This document shows positions 1-8,404 of a DNA stretch of 20,484 bases, piece by piece. Location: assembly GCA_964244895.1 (NCBI GenBank), contig CAXTKV010000084.1:1-20484 (forward strand), written 5' to 3'. The position numbers and the translations under genes are program-made. This DNA is from an uncultured Deinococcales bacterium (GTDB taxonomy: Bacteria > Deinococcota > Deinococci > Deinococcales > JAAFIG01). Positions within the stretch are counted from its first letter, which is position 1; each line of letters opens with the position of its first letter. Under the pieces are notes generated by a model. That model was not told where the DNA came from. It saw only the letters and a list, made by a program, of their open reading frames with translations, and ran no database searches.

Positions 1-1
1 G

Positions 2-1294
2 CTCGGCATCGGCATGGTGCATCAGCACTTCATGCTGGTCGAACCGTTGACGGTCACGGAGAACATCGTGCTGGGCGCGGAACCCGGCACCAGAACCAAC
101 CTCGATCTGAATAAGGCGCGATCGGAAGTCGCAAAGATCATCGAGCAATTCAATTTTGATTTAAAGCCCGACGACGTGATCGAGAACCTGCCGGTCGGCT
201 TGCAGCAGAAGGTCGAAATCCTCAAGATGCTCTTCCGGCGCTCCAAGATTCTGGTGCTGGACGAACCCACGGCGGTACTGACGCCCTTGGAGACGGAAGA
301 ACTCTTCAAGTTCCTGAAAGAGTACGCCAGTCAGGGCAACGCGGTGATTTTCATCAGCCACAAACTGCGCGAGGTGATCGAGGTATCGTCCCGAATTTCC
401 GTGATGCGCGGCGGGAAAATGATCGGCACGGTAGACACCAAAGGCATCACGCCGCCGCAGATCGCGCGCATGATGGTCGGGCGCGAGGTGATCTTGAGCG
501 TCGAAAAAGACGAGGCGAAACCGGGTGCGCCGTCACTGGAACTGGTCAACCTGACCGTCGGCAAGCGCGGCGAGCGCGCCAAGGTCAACAACGTCAACTT
601 CACCGTGCGCGCGGGCGAGATCGTCGGCATCGCGGGCGTCGAGGGCAACGGGCAATCCGAACTGGTCGAGGCGATCACGGGCTTGGAGCACTACACCGGG
701 GAAATCCGCTACATGGGTCACACGCTCGAGCATCCGAGCGCCAAGGCCGTGCGCTTGGCGGGGGTCAGCCACATCCCGGAGGATCGAAACGAGCGCGGGT
801 TGGTGCTCGAGTACAGCACGGCGGAAAACCTGATATTGGGCGATCAGTACACCGCAAAGTACGCCGGGGCACTCGGGCTCTTGAAGTTCGACGCCATCGA
901 GCGCGAGGCCAGGGAGCGGGTCGAGGAGTTCGACGTGCGCCCGAGATCCACGGCCCTGCCCGCCAAAGGCTATTCCGGCGGCAACGCCCAGAAGATCATC
1001 GTGGCCCGCGAGTTGTCTCGAGATCCGAAAATTCTGATCGCGTCCCAACCGACGCGCGGCGTGGACATCGGCGCGATCGAGTTCATTCACGAGAACATCG
1101 TCAAGGCCAGGGATAAGGGGTTGGGCGTGCTCTTGGTCAGCGCCGACCTGGGCGAGGTCATGAGTTTATCGGACCGCATCCTGGTGATGTACGAGGGCGA
1201 AATCGTCGGAGAAATGCCCGCGTCCGAAGCGACCGAAGAGAAGCTGGGATTGTTGATGGCGGGCGTCCACGACAAGGGGCACGCGGCAGACTAA
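2..1294 (+). CDS. ABC transporter ATP-binding protein, CUT2 nucleoside/sugar type (NupA/YufO-like); 5' end lies outside the window
   Basis: Frame is open from base 2 ([10 protein letters not shown]). Two ABC halves: [47 protein letters not shown]. Confidence 0.92.
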   Translation, partial: LGIGMVHQHFMLVEPLTVTENIVLGAEPGTRTNLDLNKARSEVAKIIEQFNFDLKPDDVIENLPVGLQQKVEILKMLFRRSKILVLDEPTAVLTPLETEELFKFLKEYASQGNAVIFISHKLREVIEVSSRISVMRGGKMIGTVDTKGITPPQIARMMVGREVILSVEKDEAKPGAPSLELVNLTVGKRGERAKVNNVNFTVRAGEIVGIAGVEGNGQSELVEAITGLEHYTGEIRYMGHTLEHPSAKAVRLAGVSHIPEDRNERGLVLEYSTAENLILGDQYTAKYAGALGLLKFDAIEREARERVEEFDVRPRSTALPAKGYSGGNAQKIIVARELSRDPKILIASQPTRGVDIGAIEFIHENIVKARDKGLGVLLVSADLGEVMSLSDRILVMYEGEIVGEMPASEATEEKLGLLMAGVHDKGHAAD

Positions 1295-1305
1295 GGCTCG
1301 AATGC

Positions 1306-1357
1306 GAGAACACCGTCCAGCACACGAATAAGGAACATTGTTTCAGACGGTGTTCTC
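1306..1357. repeat. Palindromic intergenic repeat, 52-bp form (copy A)
   Basis: gagaacaccgtc-cagcacacgaataaggaacattgtttca-gacggtgttctc; perfect 12-bp terminal inverted arms; 11 nt after the ABC stop codon. Confidence 0.95.
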
Positions 1358-1501
1358 GTGCGGGAGTCAGCGTCTGAACCGTCCGGCTCGAGCGACGGCG
1401 TTCCTATGCGCGCACCCGCCGCAGCTCGAGCCGACGCTCCCGCACGAGGGCGAACGGCAGGATGCGCTTCGCGCGCCAACGCTTGAGGAATCGCGCGATG
1501 A

Positions 1502-2407
1502 ATGGTCTACTCAGGCGTGTTCAACGCGCTCCTGGAAGTCGTGCTGCCCGTGATCGTCGTGACGCTGGCGGGCGTTCTTTTGGGGCGGTACATCAGGCCG
1601 GATCAGGCGGGCATCTCGAAAATCACGCTGTTCGCGCTCTCCCCCGCCCTGGCATTGGACAACCTGGCGCACTCCGAAGTCCGGTTCGGGACGGCATTCT
1701 TGATCATCTTTTGCTACGCCCTCTTCGAGGCGATCATGGGTGCAATCACCTGGTTCTCGAGCCGGGACGTGCCCGAAAAAACCCGGCGCGGCATGGTAGC
1801 GGGCGTGATCACCGGCAACAACGGGAATTTTGGCCTGCCGATCAGCCTGTTCGCCTTTGGACAGGCGGGCTTCGAGCTTTCATTGATTGTGTTCACCATT
1901 AGCGTCTTTTTCACCTTCGTGGTCACGGCAGCCGTGCTTTCCGGCGCAACCGACTGGCGCTTGAGTTTGCGGGCGGTTTTTCGGTTGCCGCTGGTCTGGG
2001 CGGCGCTCTTGGGGATCGCCCTGAACGCGCTGCACGCGACCTTCCCGACCGGAATTGACCGTGGCATTCACCTGCTGGCGCAAGCGGCCATCCCGATGCT
2101 GCTGATTTCGCTGGGCTTGCAGATCGGCGCGAGCGGATTGCCCGCGCTGTCCGGCCCGGTGCTGCGCGCGAGCGGATTGCGGTTGTTCCTGGGGCCGTTG
2201 GTGGCCTTCGCGGTCGGGACGCTGTTCGGCTTGCGCGGCCTCGAGCGCGGCGTGCTGGTGCTCTCAAGCGCCATGCCGACGGCGATCAACGCGTTCTTGC
2301 TGGCCGGGGAACTCGGTGCGGACGCGAAGACGGTCGCAGGCACGGTCGTGCTCACGACCTTCGGTTCGATTGCGACGATTGCGCTGGTCGTGTCGCTCTT
2401 GCGTTAA
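1502..2407 (+). CDS. AEC (auxin efflux carrier) family membrane transporter
   Basis: About 10 hydrophobic segments, GNNGNFGLP and SSAMPTA motifs. An alternative in-frame GTG start exists at 1517. Confidence 0.9.
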   Translation: MVYSGVFNALLEVVLPVIVVTLAGVLLGRYIRPDQAGISKITLFALSPALALDNLAHSEVRFGTAFLIIFCYALFEAIMGAITWFSSRDVPEKTRRGMVAGVITGNNGNFGLPISLFAFGQAGFELSLIVFTISVFFTFVVTAAVLSGATDWRLSLRAVFRLPLVWAALLGIALNALHATFPTGIDRGIHLLAQAAIPMLLISLGLQIGASGLPALSGPVLRASGLRLFLGPLVAFAVGTLFGLRGLERGVLVLSSAMPTAINAFLLAGELGADAKTVAGTVVLTTFGSIATIALVVSLLR

Positions 2408-2455
2408 ACACCGTCCAGGACGTGAATCTCGAGACGCGTCACGGACGGTGCTCCT
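2404..2455. repeat. Palindromic intergenic repeat, 52-bp form (copy B, degenerate ends)
   Basis: ttaaacaccgtc-caggacgtgaatctcgagacgcgtcacg-gacggtgctcct; overlaps the TAA stop (2405-2407) of the AEC gene. Confidence 0.88.
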
Positions 2456-2492
2456 GTGATCTACGCCCCGTATACCGGGCGCAACCCTTTGC

Positions 2493-2533
2493 TAGACTGG
2501 GTTCAAACAAATCGCCCTCGAGCCGCAAGGAGG
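2493..2533 (+). promoter_or_regulatory. Putative -10 box (TAGACT 2493-2498) and RBS (AAGGAGG 2527-2533) of the acyl-CoA dehydrogenase gene
   Basis: Motifs seen directly upstream of ATG 2538. TAGACT recurs upstream of several genes in the window. Confidence 0.6.
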
Positions 2534-2537
2534 CCGT

Positions 2538-3683
2538 ATGCCCCTCGATTTCAGGTTGACCGAAGAACAACTTCAGCTTCAGGCGCTGGCTCGAGAGTTC
2601 GCGCAGCGCGAGATCATCCCGGTGGCCGCCGAGTACGACCGCAGCGAAACCTACCCGGAGAGCGTGATCGCCAAAGCCGCCGAGGTCGGGCTTTTGAACT
2701 CCATTGTGCCCGCGCACGCGGGCGGCTTGGGGCTCGGGATGCTCGAGGAGAGCATTCTGGGCGAGGAGATCGGCTACGGCTGCATGGGCATCTACAGCAT
2801 CATGATGGCCTCGGAACTGGGCATCACGCCGATCAACGTGGGCGGCACCGAGGAACAGCAAAAACGCTTCCTGACGCCGTTGACGGACGGGCCGCGCCTC
2901 GCCTCGTTCGCACTCTCCGAACCGAACAACGGTTCAGACGCCGCCGCGATGCGAACCAAAGCCGTGCAGGACGGTGACGATTGGGTCATCAACGGAACCA
3001 AAATGTGGATCACCAACGGTGGCATCGCGGAATTCGCGGTCGTGTTCGCCACGGTGGACGCGAGCCTGCGGACGAAAGGTTCCGTCGCCATCGTCGTGCC
3101 GCGCGGAACGCCAGGATTCGCGTTCAACAAAATTCACCACAAGATGGGCCAGCGCGCCGCGCACACCGCCGAACTCGTGTTCGAGGACGTGCGCGTGCCC
3201 AGGGAAAACATGCTGGGCGGCGTCGGAGACGGATTCAAGATCGCCATGAAGACCCTCGACAAGACGCGCGTGCCCGTCGCGGCGGGCAGCGTCGGCATCA
3301 TCCGGCGCGCGCTCGAGGAATCGGTCAAATACGCCAAATCCCGCGAAGCCTTCGGCAAACCGATCTCCGAATTTCAGGCCATCCAGATCAAGCTCGCGGA
3401 GATGTACATGAGCCTCGAGAACGCGCGGTTGGCGACGTACCGGGCGGCCTGGCTGGTGGACAACGGGATGCCGCACGCGATGGAGGCCGCCGCCGCGAAA
3501 GCCTACGCATCTGAGGCCGCCTTCAACGCTGCGAACGAAGCCATTCAGGTTCACGGCGGGTACGGTTACGTCGGCGAGTACCCCGTCGAGAAGCTGCTGC
3601 GCGACGCGAAATTAAACATGATCTACGAGGGCACGAGTGAGATTCAACGCGTCGTGATGGCGAGAGGGTTGTTGAAGGATTGA
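2538..3683 (+). CDS. Acyl-CoA dehydrogenase (short/medium-chain type)
   Basis: FALSEPNNGSDA, INGTKMWITNG, REAFGKPI, QVHGGYGY, IYEGTSEIQ; strong RBS. Confidence 0.96.
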   Translation: MPLDFRLTEEQLQLQALAREFAQREIIPVAAEYDRSETYPESVIAKAAEVGLLNSIVPAHAGGLGLGMLEESILGEEIGYGCMGIYSIMMASELGITPINVGGTEEQQKRFLTPLTDGPRLASFALSEPNNGSDAAAMRTKAVQDGDDWVINGTKMWITNGGIAEFAVVFATVDASLRTKGSVAIVVPRGTPGFAFNKIHHKMGQRAAHTAELVFEDVRVPRENMLGGVGDGFKIAMKTLDKTRVPVAAGSVGIIRRALEESVKYAKSREAFGKPISEFQAIQIKLAEMYMSLENARLATYRAAWLVDNGMPHAMEAAAAKAYASEAAFNAANEAIQVHGGYGYVGEYPVEKLLRDAKLNMIYEGTSEIQRVVMARGLLKD

Positions 3684-3734
3684 AGAACACCGTTCCACAC
3701 GCGAATCTTAAAATGCGTGCTGGACGGTGTTCTC
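3683..3734. repeat. Palindromic intergenic repeat, 52-bp form (copy C)
   Basis: aagaacaccgtt-ccacacgcgaatcttaaaatgcgtgctg-gacggtgttctc; begins in the TGA stop of the acyl-CoA dehydrogenase gene. Confidence 0.93.
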
Positions 3735-3768
3735 GCAACGCGTGAACGCAAAAGGATAAACTGACTGC

Positions 3769-4014
3769 ATGGAAACAATCGGGAAAGGTCACATCAGCGC
3801 AAGGATTCGAGTCGAGCTTTTCGACTTTCTCGAGGACTACCAGAGACGCCACGACCACTCGAGCCGAACGGCAGCGCTCGAGGAAGCGATTCGTGCCCTA
3901 CGAGCACGCGAATATGAGCGGGAATTGCGCGATGCCTACCGAGCTGCGAACAAACAATGGGACTCGAGCGAAGATGCGAAGTTGTGGGATCGAACCGTTG
4001 GGGACGGATTGTAA
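3769..4014 (+). CDS. Ribbon-helix-helix antitoxin, MazE-like (resembles mycobacterial MazE9 type); no cognate toxin adjacent
   Basis: N-terminal RHH pattern (HISARI...FLEDY...SSRTAALEEAIRAL) and C-terminal L..AY...W......WDRTVGDGL tail typical of this antitoxin group. TAAACT at 3757-3762 lies 6 nt before the ATG (leaderless arrangement). Confidence 0.8.
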   Translation: METIGKGHISARIRVELFDFLEDYQRRHDHSSRTAALEEAIRALRAREYERELRDAYRAANKQWDSSEDAKLWDRTVGDGL

Positions 4015-4028
4015 ATGCCGATCTAAGA

Positions 4029-4080
4029 TAGAACACCGTCCTACACACGAATTACAGAATGCGTTCCAGACAATATTCTC
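4029..4080. repeat. Palindromic intergenic repeat, 52-bp form (copy D, right arm decayed)
   Basis: tagaacaccgtc-ctacacacgaattacagaatgcgttcca-gacaatattctc; right arm has three G>A changes relative to gacggtgttctc but the length is unchanged. Confidence 0.85.
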
Positions 4081-4116
4081 GAAACTGAATCACATTGAAA
4101 GGCGGAATTCATAATC

Positions 4117-4788
4117 ATGAGTATTGACAGCAAAAACGTAACGAAAATCAAAGCAGAAACTTTAGCCTACTGGTACTTAAGGTTAAACGGTTTCCTCACT
4201 ATTACAAATTTTATTGTTCATCCCAACTCTGGCTACGATCAACGAACTGATGTAGATGTTATCGGAATTCGATTTCCATATCGCGAAGAGTTATTATACA
4301 ATCCGATGCAAGATGACACTATATTCAAAGCAAACTCTGAAAAGCCTTTGTTAGTATTTACAGAAGTTAAATCAAGTATATGTGATTTAAACGGCCCTTG
4401 GACAAAACCTCAAAAAGAAAATATGCAACAGGTACTTCGAGCTATTGGTACATTTAAGACAGCTGAAATCGATACAGTTTCCAAATCACTTTATAAAGAC
4501 GGAAATTACGAAGGAGATCAAATTATTGTCAAGTTATTGTGTGTAGGGGGAACTATAAATCCGAAACTCCAAAGGAAATATAAAGGTGTCCCGCAGATAA
4601 TCTTTGATGATATTTTATCTTTTATTTATAATAGATTTACAAGTTATTATCAACAGAAGGCCAGTCACAATCAGTGGGATAAAGATATCAAAGCCTTGTG
4701 GAATCTTGCAATAAAGTGCTCAGGAGCGGCAAAAAGCTCACAAGACGGATGTACAGCATTTATTTCTGATATCAAGGTGAACCCATGA
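4117..4788 (+). CDS. AT-rich hypothetical protein, putative PD-(D/E)XK (restriction-endonuclease-like) fold
   Basis: 223-aa ORF. Two sampled 60-nt lines are 30-35% GC, versus about 70% in a sampled etfA line. Motif order: E14 in helix ([14 protein letters not shown]), D47 (TDVDVIG), E83-x-K85 (FTEVKS). The stop overlaps the etfB ATG (ATGA). Confidence 0.7.
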   Translation: MSIDSKNVTKIKAETLAYWYLRLNGFLTITNFIVHPNSGYDQRTDVDVIGIRFPYREELLYNPMQDDTIFKANSEKPLLVFTEVKSSICDLNGPWTKPQKENMQQVLRAIGTFKTAEIDTVSKSLYKDGNYEGDQIIVKLLCVGGTINPKLQRKYKGVPQIIFDDILSFIYNRFTSYYQQKASHNQWDKDIKALWNLAIKCSGAAKSSQDGCTAFISDIKVNP

Positions 4789-5543
4789 AAATTCTCTGTC
4801 TCATCCGGCAAGTTCCGGACGCGGAGGCCCGCGTCAAGGCCAAAGACGGCAAGGTCGATCTCGAGGGCGCGACGATGGCGCTGGACGGCATGGACGAGTA
4901 CGGCGTGGAGCAGGCGCTAAGGATCGTCACATCTGATATCGGCGGCGAGGCGGTCGGTGTCGCCCTCGGCCCGCAAGGGTACGAGACGGCGATTCGTCGG
5001 GCGTTGGCGATGGGTCTGGCCAGGGCGATCCATGTCGAGACGGACGGTTTCGTGGATGCCGTGACGCAGGCTCGAGTCATCGCCAAGATCGTGCAGGACG
5101 AAGCCCCAGACATCGTGTTCTGCGGCGGTCAGCACGCGGACACGGATTCTCAGGCGCTCGGCGCGGCGCTGGCGGAGGTGCTGGGATGGCCGCAGGTGAC
5201 GTGGACGACCGCGCTCGAGTTCAACGGCTCGCTCGCGAAGGCCACGCACGACGTGGACGACGGTAAGGAAACGCTCGAGGTGCAACTTCCAGCCGTGATC
5301 ACCACGCAGCAGGGTTTGAACGAGCCGCGCTACCCGACCTTGCCGAACATCATGAAGGCCAAATCCAAGCCGCTCGAGAAGAAGACGCTCTCGGATTACG
5401 GCGTCTCGGGCAGCAAGGTCAGCGTGGTCAGCCAGGAGATCCAGGAGCGCGCCCGGTTGGGCAAGTTGATTGACGGCAAAGACCCCGTGGCGGCGGCGGA
5501 AGCGTTGATCGCGCTGCTGCACGACGAAGCGAAGGTGTTCTGA
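4785..5543 (+). CDS. etfB: Electron transfer flavoprotein beta subunit
   Basis: [51 protein letters not shown]. Confidence 0.96.
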   Translation: MKILCLIRQVPDAEARVKAKDGKVDLEGATMALDGMDEYGVEQALRIVTSDIGGEAVGVALGPQGYETAIRRALAMGLARAIHVETDGFVDAVTQARVIAKIVQDEAPDIVFCGGQHADTDSQALGAALAEVLGWPQVTWTTALEFNGSLAKATHDVDDGKETLEVQLPAVITTQQGLNEPRYPTLPNIMKAKSKPLEKKTLSDYGVSGSKVSVVSQEIQERARLGKLIDGKDPVAAAEALIALLHDEAKVF

Positions 5544-6496
5544 TGATTCTGATTCTGGCTGAACACGATGGCAGCAAACTCCGCAAATCGAGCCTCGAGA
5601 TGGTCAGTGCGGCCAGGGGTCTGGGTTCCGGCCCGGTGACGCTGTTGGTGCTGGGCGCGGAGGTGGGCAACGTGCCCGTGGAGGCCGCCCGGTACGCGGA
5701 TCAGGTGCTGGTCGGGCAGGACGCGGCGCTCGAGCCGGTCAACGCGCAGGTCTGGGCGCAGGCTCTCGCGCAGGTGGCGAAGGACGGCGGCGCGAACGTG
5801 GTGCTGGTGGCGGGCTCGCGCTCGGGTCGGGAACTCGCGCCGAGGGTCGCGGTCAGGTTGGACGCGCCGTACCTGGAAGATGCGATCAGGCTCGAAAGCG
5901 TACCTGGCGGCGTGCGCGCCACGCATTACGCGTTCCTGGCGCGGGTCACGGAGACGCTCGAGGGTCTAGGGGCAGTCGTGGTGGCGAGCGTCAAGCCGAA
6001 CACGCAGCCCGCCGCCGGGTTTCTGGAATCCCTGGGCGAGATCTTCGAGGTGGAACTCGCGCTCGAGCCATCCAGGCTGAAGGTCACGGGTCGGGTTCAG
6101 GAGAAATCCGAACGCGTGCCGTTGACGGAGGCCACCGTGGTCGTCACGGGTGGACGCGGCGTGGGTAGCCCGGAGAATTTCAAACTGATCGAGGAACTGG
6201 CGGACGTGATCGGCGCGGGCGTCGGCGCGACTCGGGCAGCGGTGGACGCGGGCTGGCGGCCTTACGCGGAGCAGGTCGGGCAGACGGGCAAGACGGTGCA
6301 ACCGAACGCCTACATCGCGGTCGGCGTCTCAGGCGCGGTGCAGCACCTGTCCGGCATGGCGAAATCGAAGTACATCGTGGCCATCAACAAGGACGCTGAA
6401 GCCCCGATCTTCAAGGTCGCGGATTACGGCATCGTCGGCGATCTGAACGCGATCATGCCCGCGTTGACGGAGGCCGCGAAGAAGCTCAAGGACTGA
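5543..6496 (+). CDS. etfA: Electron transfer flavoprotein alpha subunit
   Basis: [52 protein letters not shown]; coupled to etfB by a TGATG overlap. Confidence 0.97.
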   Translation: MILILAEHDGSKLRKSSLEMVSAARGLGSGPVTLLVLGAEVGNVPVEAARYADQVLVGQDAALEPVNAQVWAQALAQVAKDGGANVVLVAGSRSGRELAPRVAVRLDAPYLEDAIRLESVPGGVRATHYAFLARVTETLEGLGAVVVASVKPNTQPAAGFLESLGEIFEVELALEPSRLKVTGRVQEKSERVPLTEATVVVTGGRGVGSPENFKLIEELADVIGAGVGATRAAVDAGWRPYAEQVGQTGKTVQPNAYIAVGVSGAVQHLSGMAKSKYIVAINKDAEAPIFKVADYGIVGDLNAIMPALTEAAKKLKD

Positions 6497-6517
6497 ATTC
6501 TCGGGTGTGAACCTCAC

Positions 6518-6579
6518 GAGAACACCGTCCTGGACGGTGTTCTTTCGCTCCGAAGAATGGCGTGCTGGACGGTGTTCCG
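6518..6579. repeat. Palindromic intergenic repeat, 62-bp composite form (copy E)
   Basis: 27-bp palindrome gagaacaccgtcc-t-ggacggtgttctt (6518-6544), a spacer, then a second right arm gcgtgctggacggtgttccg ending at 6579. Confidence 0.93.
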
Positions 6580-6699
6580 TAGGGGCGAACTCCATGCTCG
6601 CCCTGCCCCGAACCCATGTCGAAGCGCTCGTCCAGGAGCGCTTTTCCCGAGTTCTGCGCGAGCATTGCGAGCGCACCTCCAAGCCCTCAGTTGCTCAGC

Positions 6700-6726
6700 C
6701 GGAACGCCGTCTGGTACGGTGTTCTC
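6700..6726. repeat. Palindromic intergenic repeat, 27-bp short form (degenerate)
   Basis: cggaacgccgtct-g-gtacggtgttctc; ends 10 nt before the probable beta-glucosidase start. Confidence 0.75.
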
Positions 6727-6736
6727 AGGTGCGATC

Positions 6737-8158
6737 ATGATTGACCCAGAGCGGCGCTCGAGCCAACCAGACCCGGCGGACTTCCCCAGGAATTTCAAGT
6801 GGGGTGTGGCCAGCAGCGCCTACCAGATCGAGGGCGCGGCTTCCGAAGATGGGAAAGGCGCGAGCATCTGGGATGCGTTCTCGAGGTTGCCGGGAACCAT
6901 CGCGGGCGGCGCGACGGGCGACGTGGCCTGCGATCACTACCACCGGCTGGAATCGGATCTCGATTTGATCGCGGCGTTGGGCGTGAACGCGTACCGGTTC
7001 TCGGTGTCGTGGCCGCGCGTCATTCCGGATGGACGCGGTCAGATCAACCCGATGGGCTTGGATTTCTATCAGCGCCTGGTGGACGGTCTGCTGGAGCGCG
7101 GCATTGAACCGTGGGTCACGCTCTACCACTGGGATTTACCGCTCGCGCTCGAAGAAAAAGGGGGCTGGCCCGTCCGGAACACGGCGTATGCCTTCGCGGA
7201 ATACGCGGAAGTCGTGGCGCGCGCGCTGGGTGATCGCGTGGCGGGTTGGATGACCATCAACGAGCCGTTCAACGCGGCGGCGCTCGGGTACGGGTCGGGC
7301 ATGCACGCGCCGGGCCGAAGGGAGCCCAGCGCAGTGCTGGCGGCGGCGCACCACTTGCTGTTGGCGCACGGTCTGGGCGTGTCCGCACTGCGCGCGAATT
7401 CTCGAGGGCAGGCGGCCAGCAACGTCGGGATCGCGCTGTCCCTCAACCGGGTCGAGGCGGCCAGCGGCAGCGCGGGCGATCAACTCGCGGGGCGCGTGCT
7501 GGAAGGCTTTTTGAACCGCTGGTTCCTCGATCCGATCTTCAAGCGCGCTTACCCGAGCGATCTGGCCATGTTCGTGCAGCAGTTGATGCCGGACTTCCCG
7601 TCCAAGGATCTGGATGATATCGGCGCGGGGATCGATTTCCTGGGCGTGAACTACTACACGCGCGAGCTGGTGCGCGCGCCCAGGCCGGGAACCCCGCGCG
7701 AGGGCATGAACGCGATTTTGAAGCAGCTCGGCTTGCCCCTGGAGGTCGTGCCGGAAGCCGAACGCGGCCATCCGGTCACGGCGATGGGCTGGGAAGTCTA
7801 CCCGGACGGGTTGCTCGAGTTGCTGATGGCACTCCAGCGCAATTACGCCCCGAAATCCATCGTCATCACGGAAAACGGTTCGGCCTTCCCGGACGCGCCG
7901 GATGTGGATGGCATCGTGCAGGACGAAGCGCGCCTGGCGTACCTGAAAGCGCACCTCGAGCGCGCCTCGCGCGCGATGGCGGCGGGCGTGCCGCTCGAAG
8001 GGTACTTCGCGTGGTCGCTGATGGACAACCTGGAATGGGCGGAGGGGTTTGAAAAACGTTTCGGGTTGTACCGCACGGATTTCACGACCCAGAAGAGGCA
8101 TTTGAAGGCGTCCGGGGCGTGGTATCGGGATTTCGTGCGCCAGTTCAGGCTTCGATAA
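6737..8158 (+). CDS. Beta-glucosidase, glycoside hydrolase family 1
   Basis: FPRNFKWGVASSAYQIEG, YRFSVSWPR, TLYHWDLP, TINEP (acid/base), ITENG (nucleophile), WSLMDNLEW. Start moved to ATG 6737 because the ORF-track extension runs through repeats. Confidence 0.95.
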   Translation: MIDPERRSSQPDPADFPRNFKWGVASSAYQIEGAASEDGKGASIWDAFSRLPGTIAGGATGDVACDHYHRLESDLDLIAALGVNAYRFSVSWPRVIPDGRGQINPMGLDFYQRLVDGLLERGIEPWVTLYHWDLPLALEEKGGWPVRNTAYAFAEYAEVVARALGDRVAGWMTINEPFNAAALGYGSGMHAPGRREPSAVLAAAHHLLLAHGLGVSALRANSRGQAASNVGIALSLNRVEAASGSAGDQLAGRVLEGFLNRWFLDPIFKRAYPSDLAMFVQQLMPDFPSKDLDDIGAGIDFLGVNYYTRELVRAPRPGTPREGMNAILKQLGLPLEVVPEAERGHPVTAMGWEVYPDGLLELLMALQRNYAPKSIVITENGSAFPDAPDVDGIVQDEARLAYLKAHLERASRAMAAGVPLEGYFAWSLMDNLEWAEGFEKRFGLYRTDFTTQKRHLKASGAWYRDFVRQFRLR

Positions 8159-8171
8159 ATCGGCGTCTCTA

Positions 8172-8223
8172 GAGCGCACCATCTGGCGCGCGAACCTTAA
8201 AATACGCGCTGGACGGTCTTTTG
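8172..8223. repeat. Palindromic intergenic repeat, 52-bp form (copy F, degenerate)
   Basis: gagcgcaccatc-tggcgcgcgaaccttaaaatacgcgctg-gacggtcttttg; central part closely matches copy C. Confidence 0.8.
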
Positions 8224-8302
8224 GGCGATCGAGGCCGCGATGAGGGTTCTCGCGTCCCGCATTTGGTCGCGCACAGATTGATCGTGTAGACTGACCGGGT
8301 TG

Positions 8303-8391
8303 TTGGGGGAGTAGCCGCCCGAAACGGGAGCGCTCATCGTCAGTACGAAGGCCATCGGTCTTCCGGTGAACGCATCAAAGGCGAGACTCAA
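8303..8391 (+). ncRNA. yybP-ykoY (Mn2+-sensing) riboswitch
   Basis: Hallmark segments GGGGAGTAGC ... CGTCAGTAC ... CCGG ... GGCGAGAC with a closing stem ttggg/ctcaa. It lies directly upstream of a TerC/Alx gene, with TAGACT (-10) at 8287-8292. Confidence 0.9.
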
Positions 8392-8404
8392 ATCGGAGTG
8401 AATC

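Noticed and set aside
3683..4080. Classical integron attC sites
   Set aside because: No RYYYAAC/GTTRRRY ends and no integrase; the same repeat also follows housekeeping genes.
6557..6736. N-terminal extension of the beta-glucosidase, and the recurring RTPSxTVFS / ENTVxDGVL peptide motif in many short ORFs
   Set aside because: These are translations of the DNA repeat in different frames, not a protein repeat; GH1 similarity begins after Met 6737.
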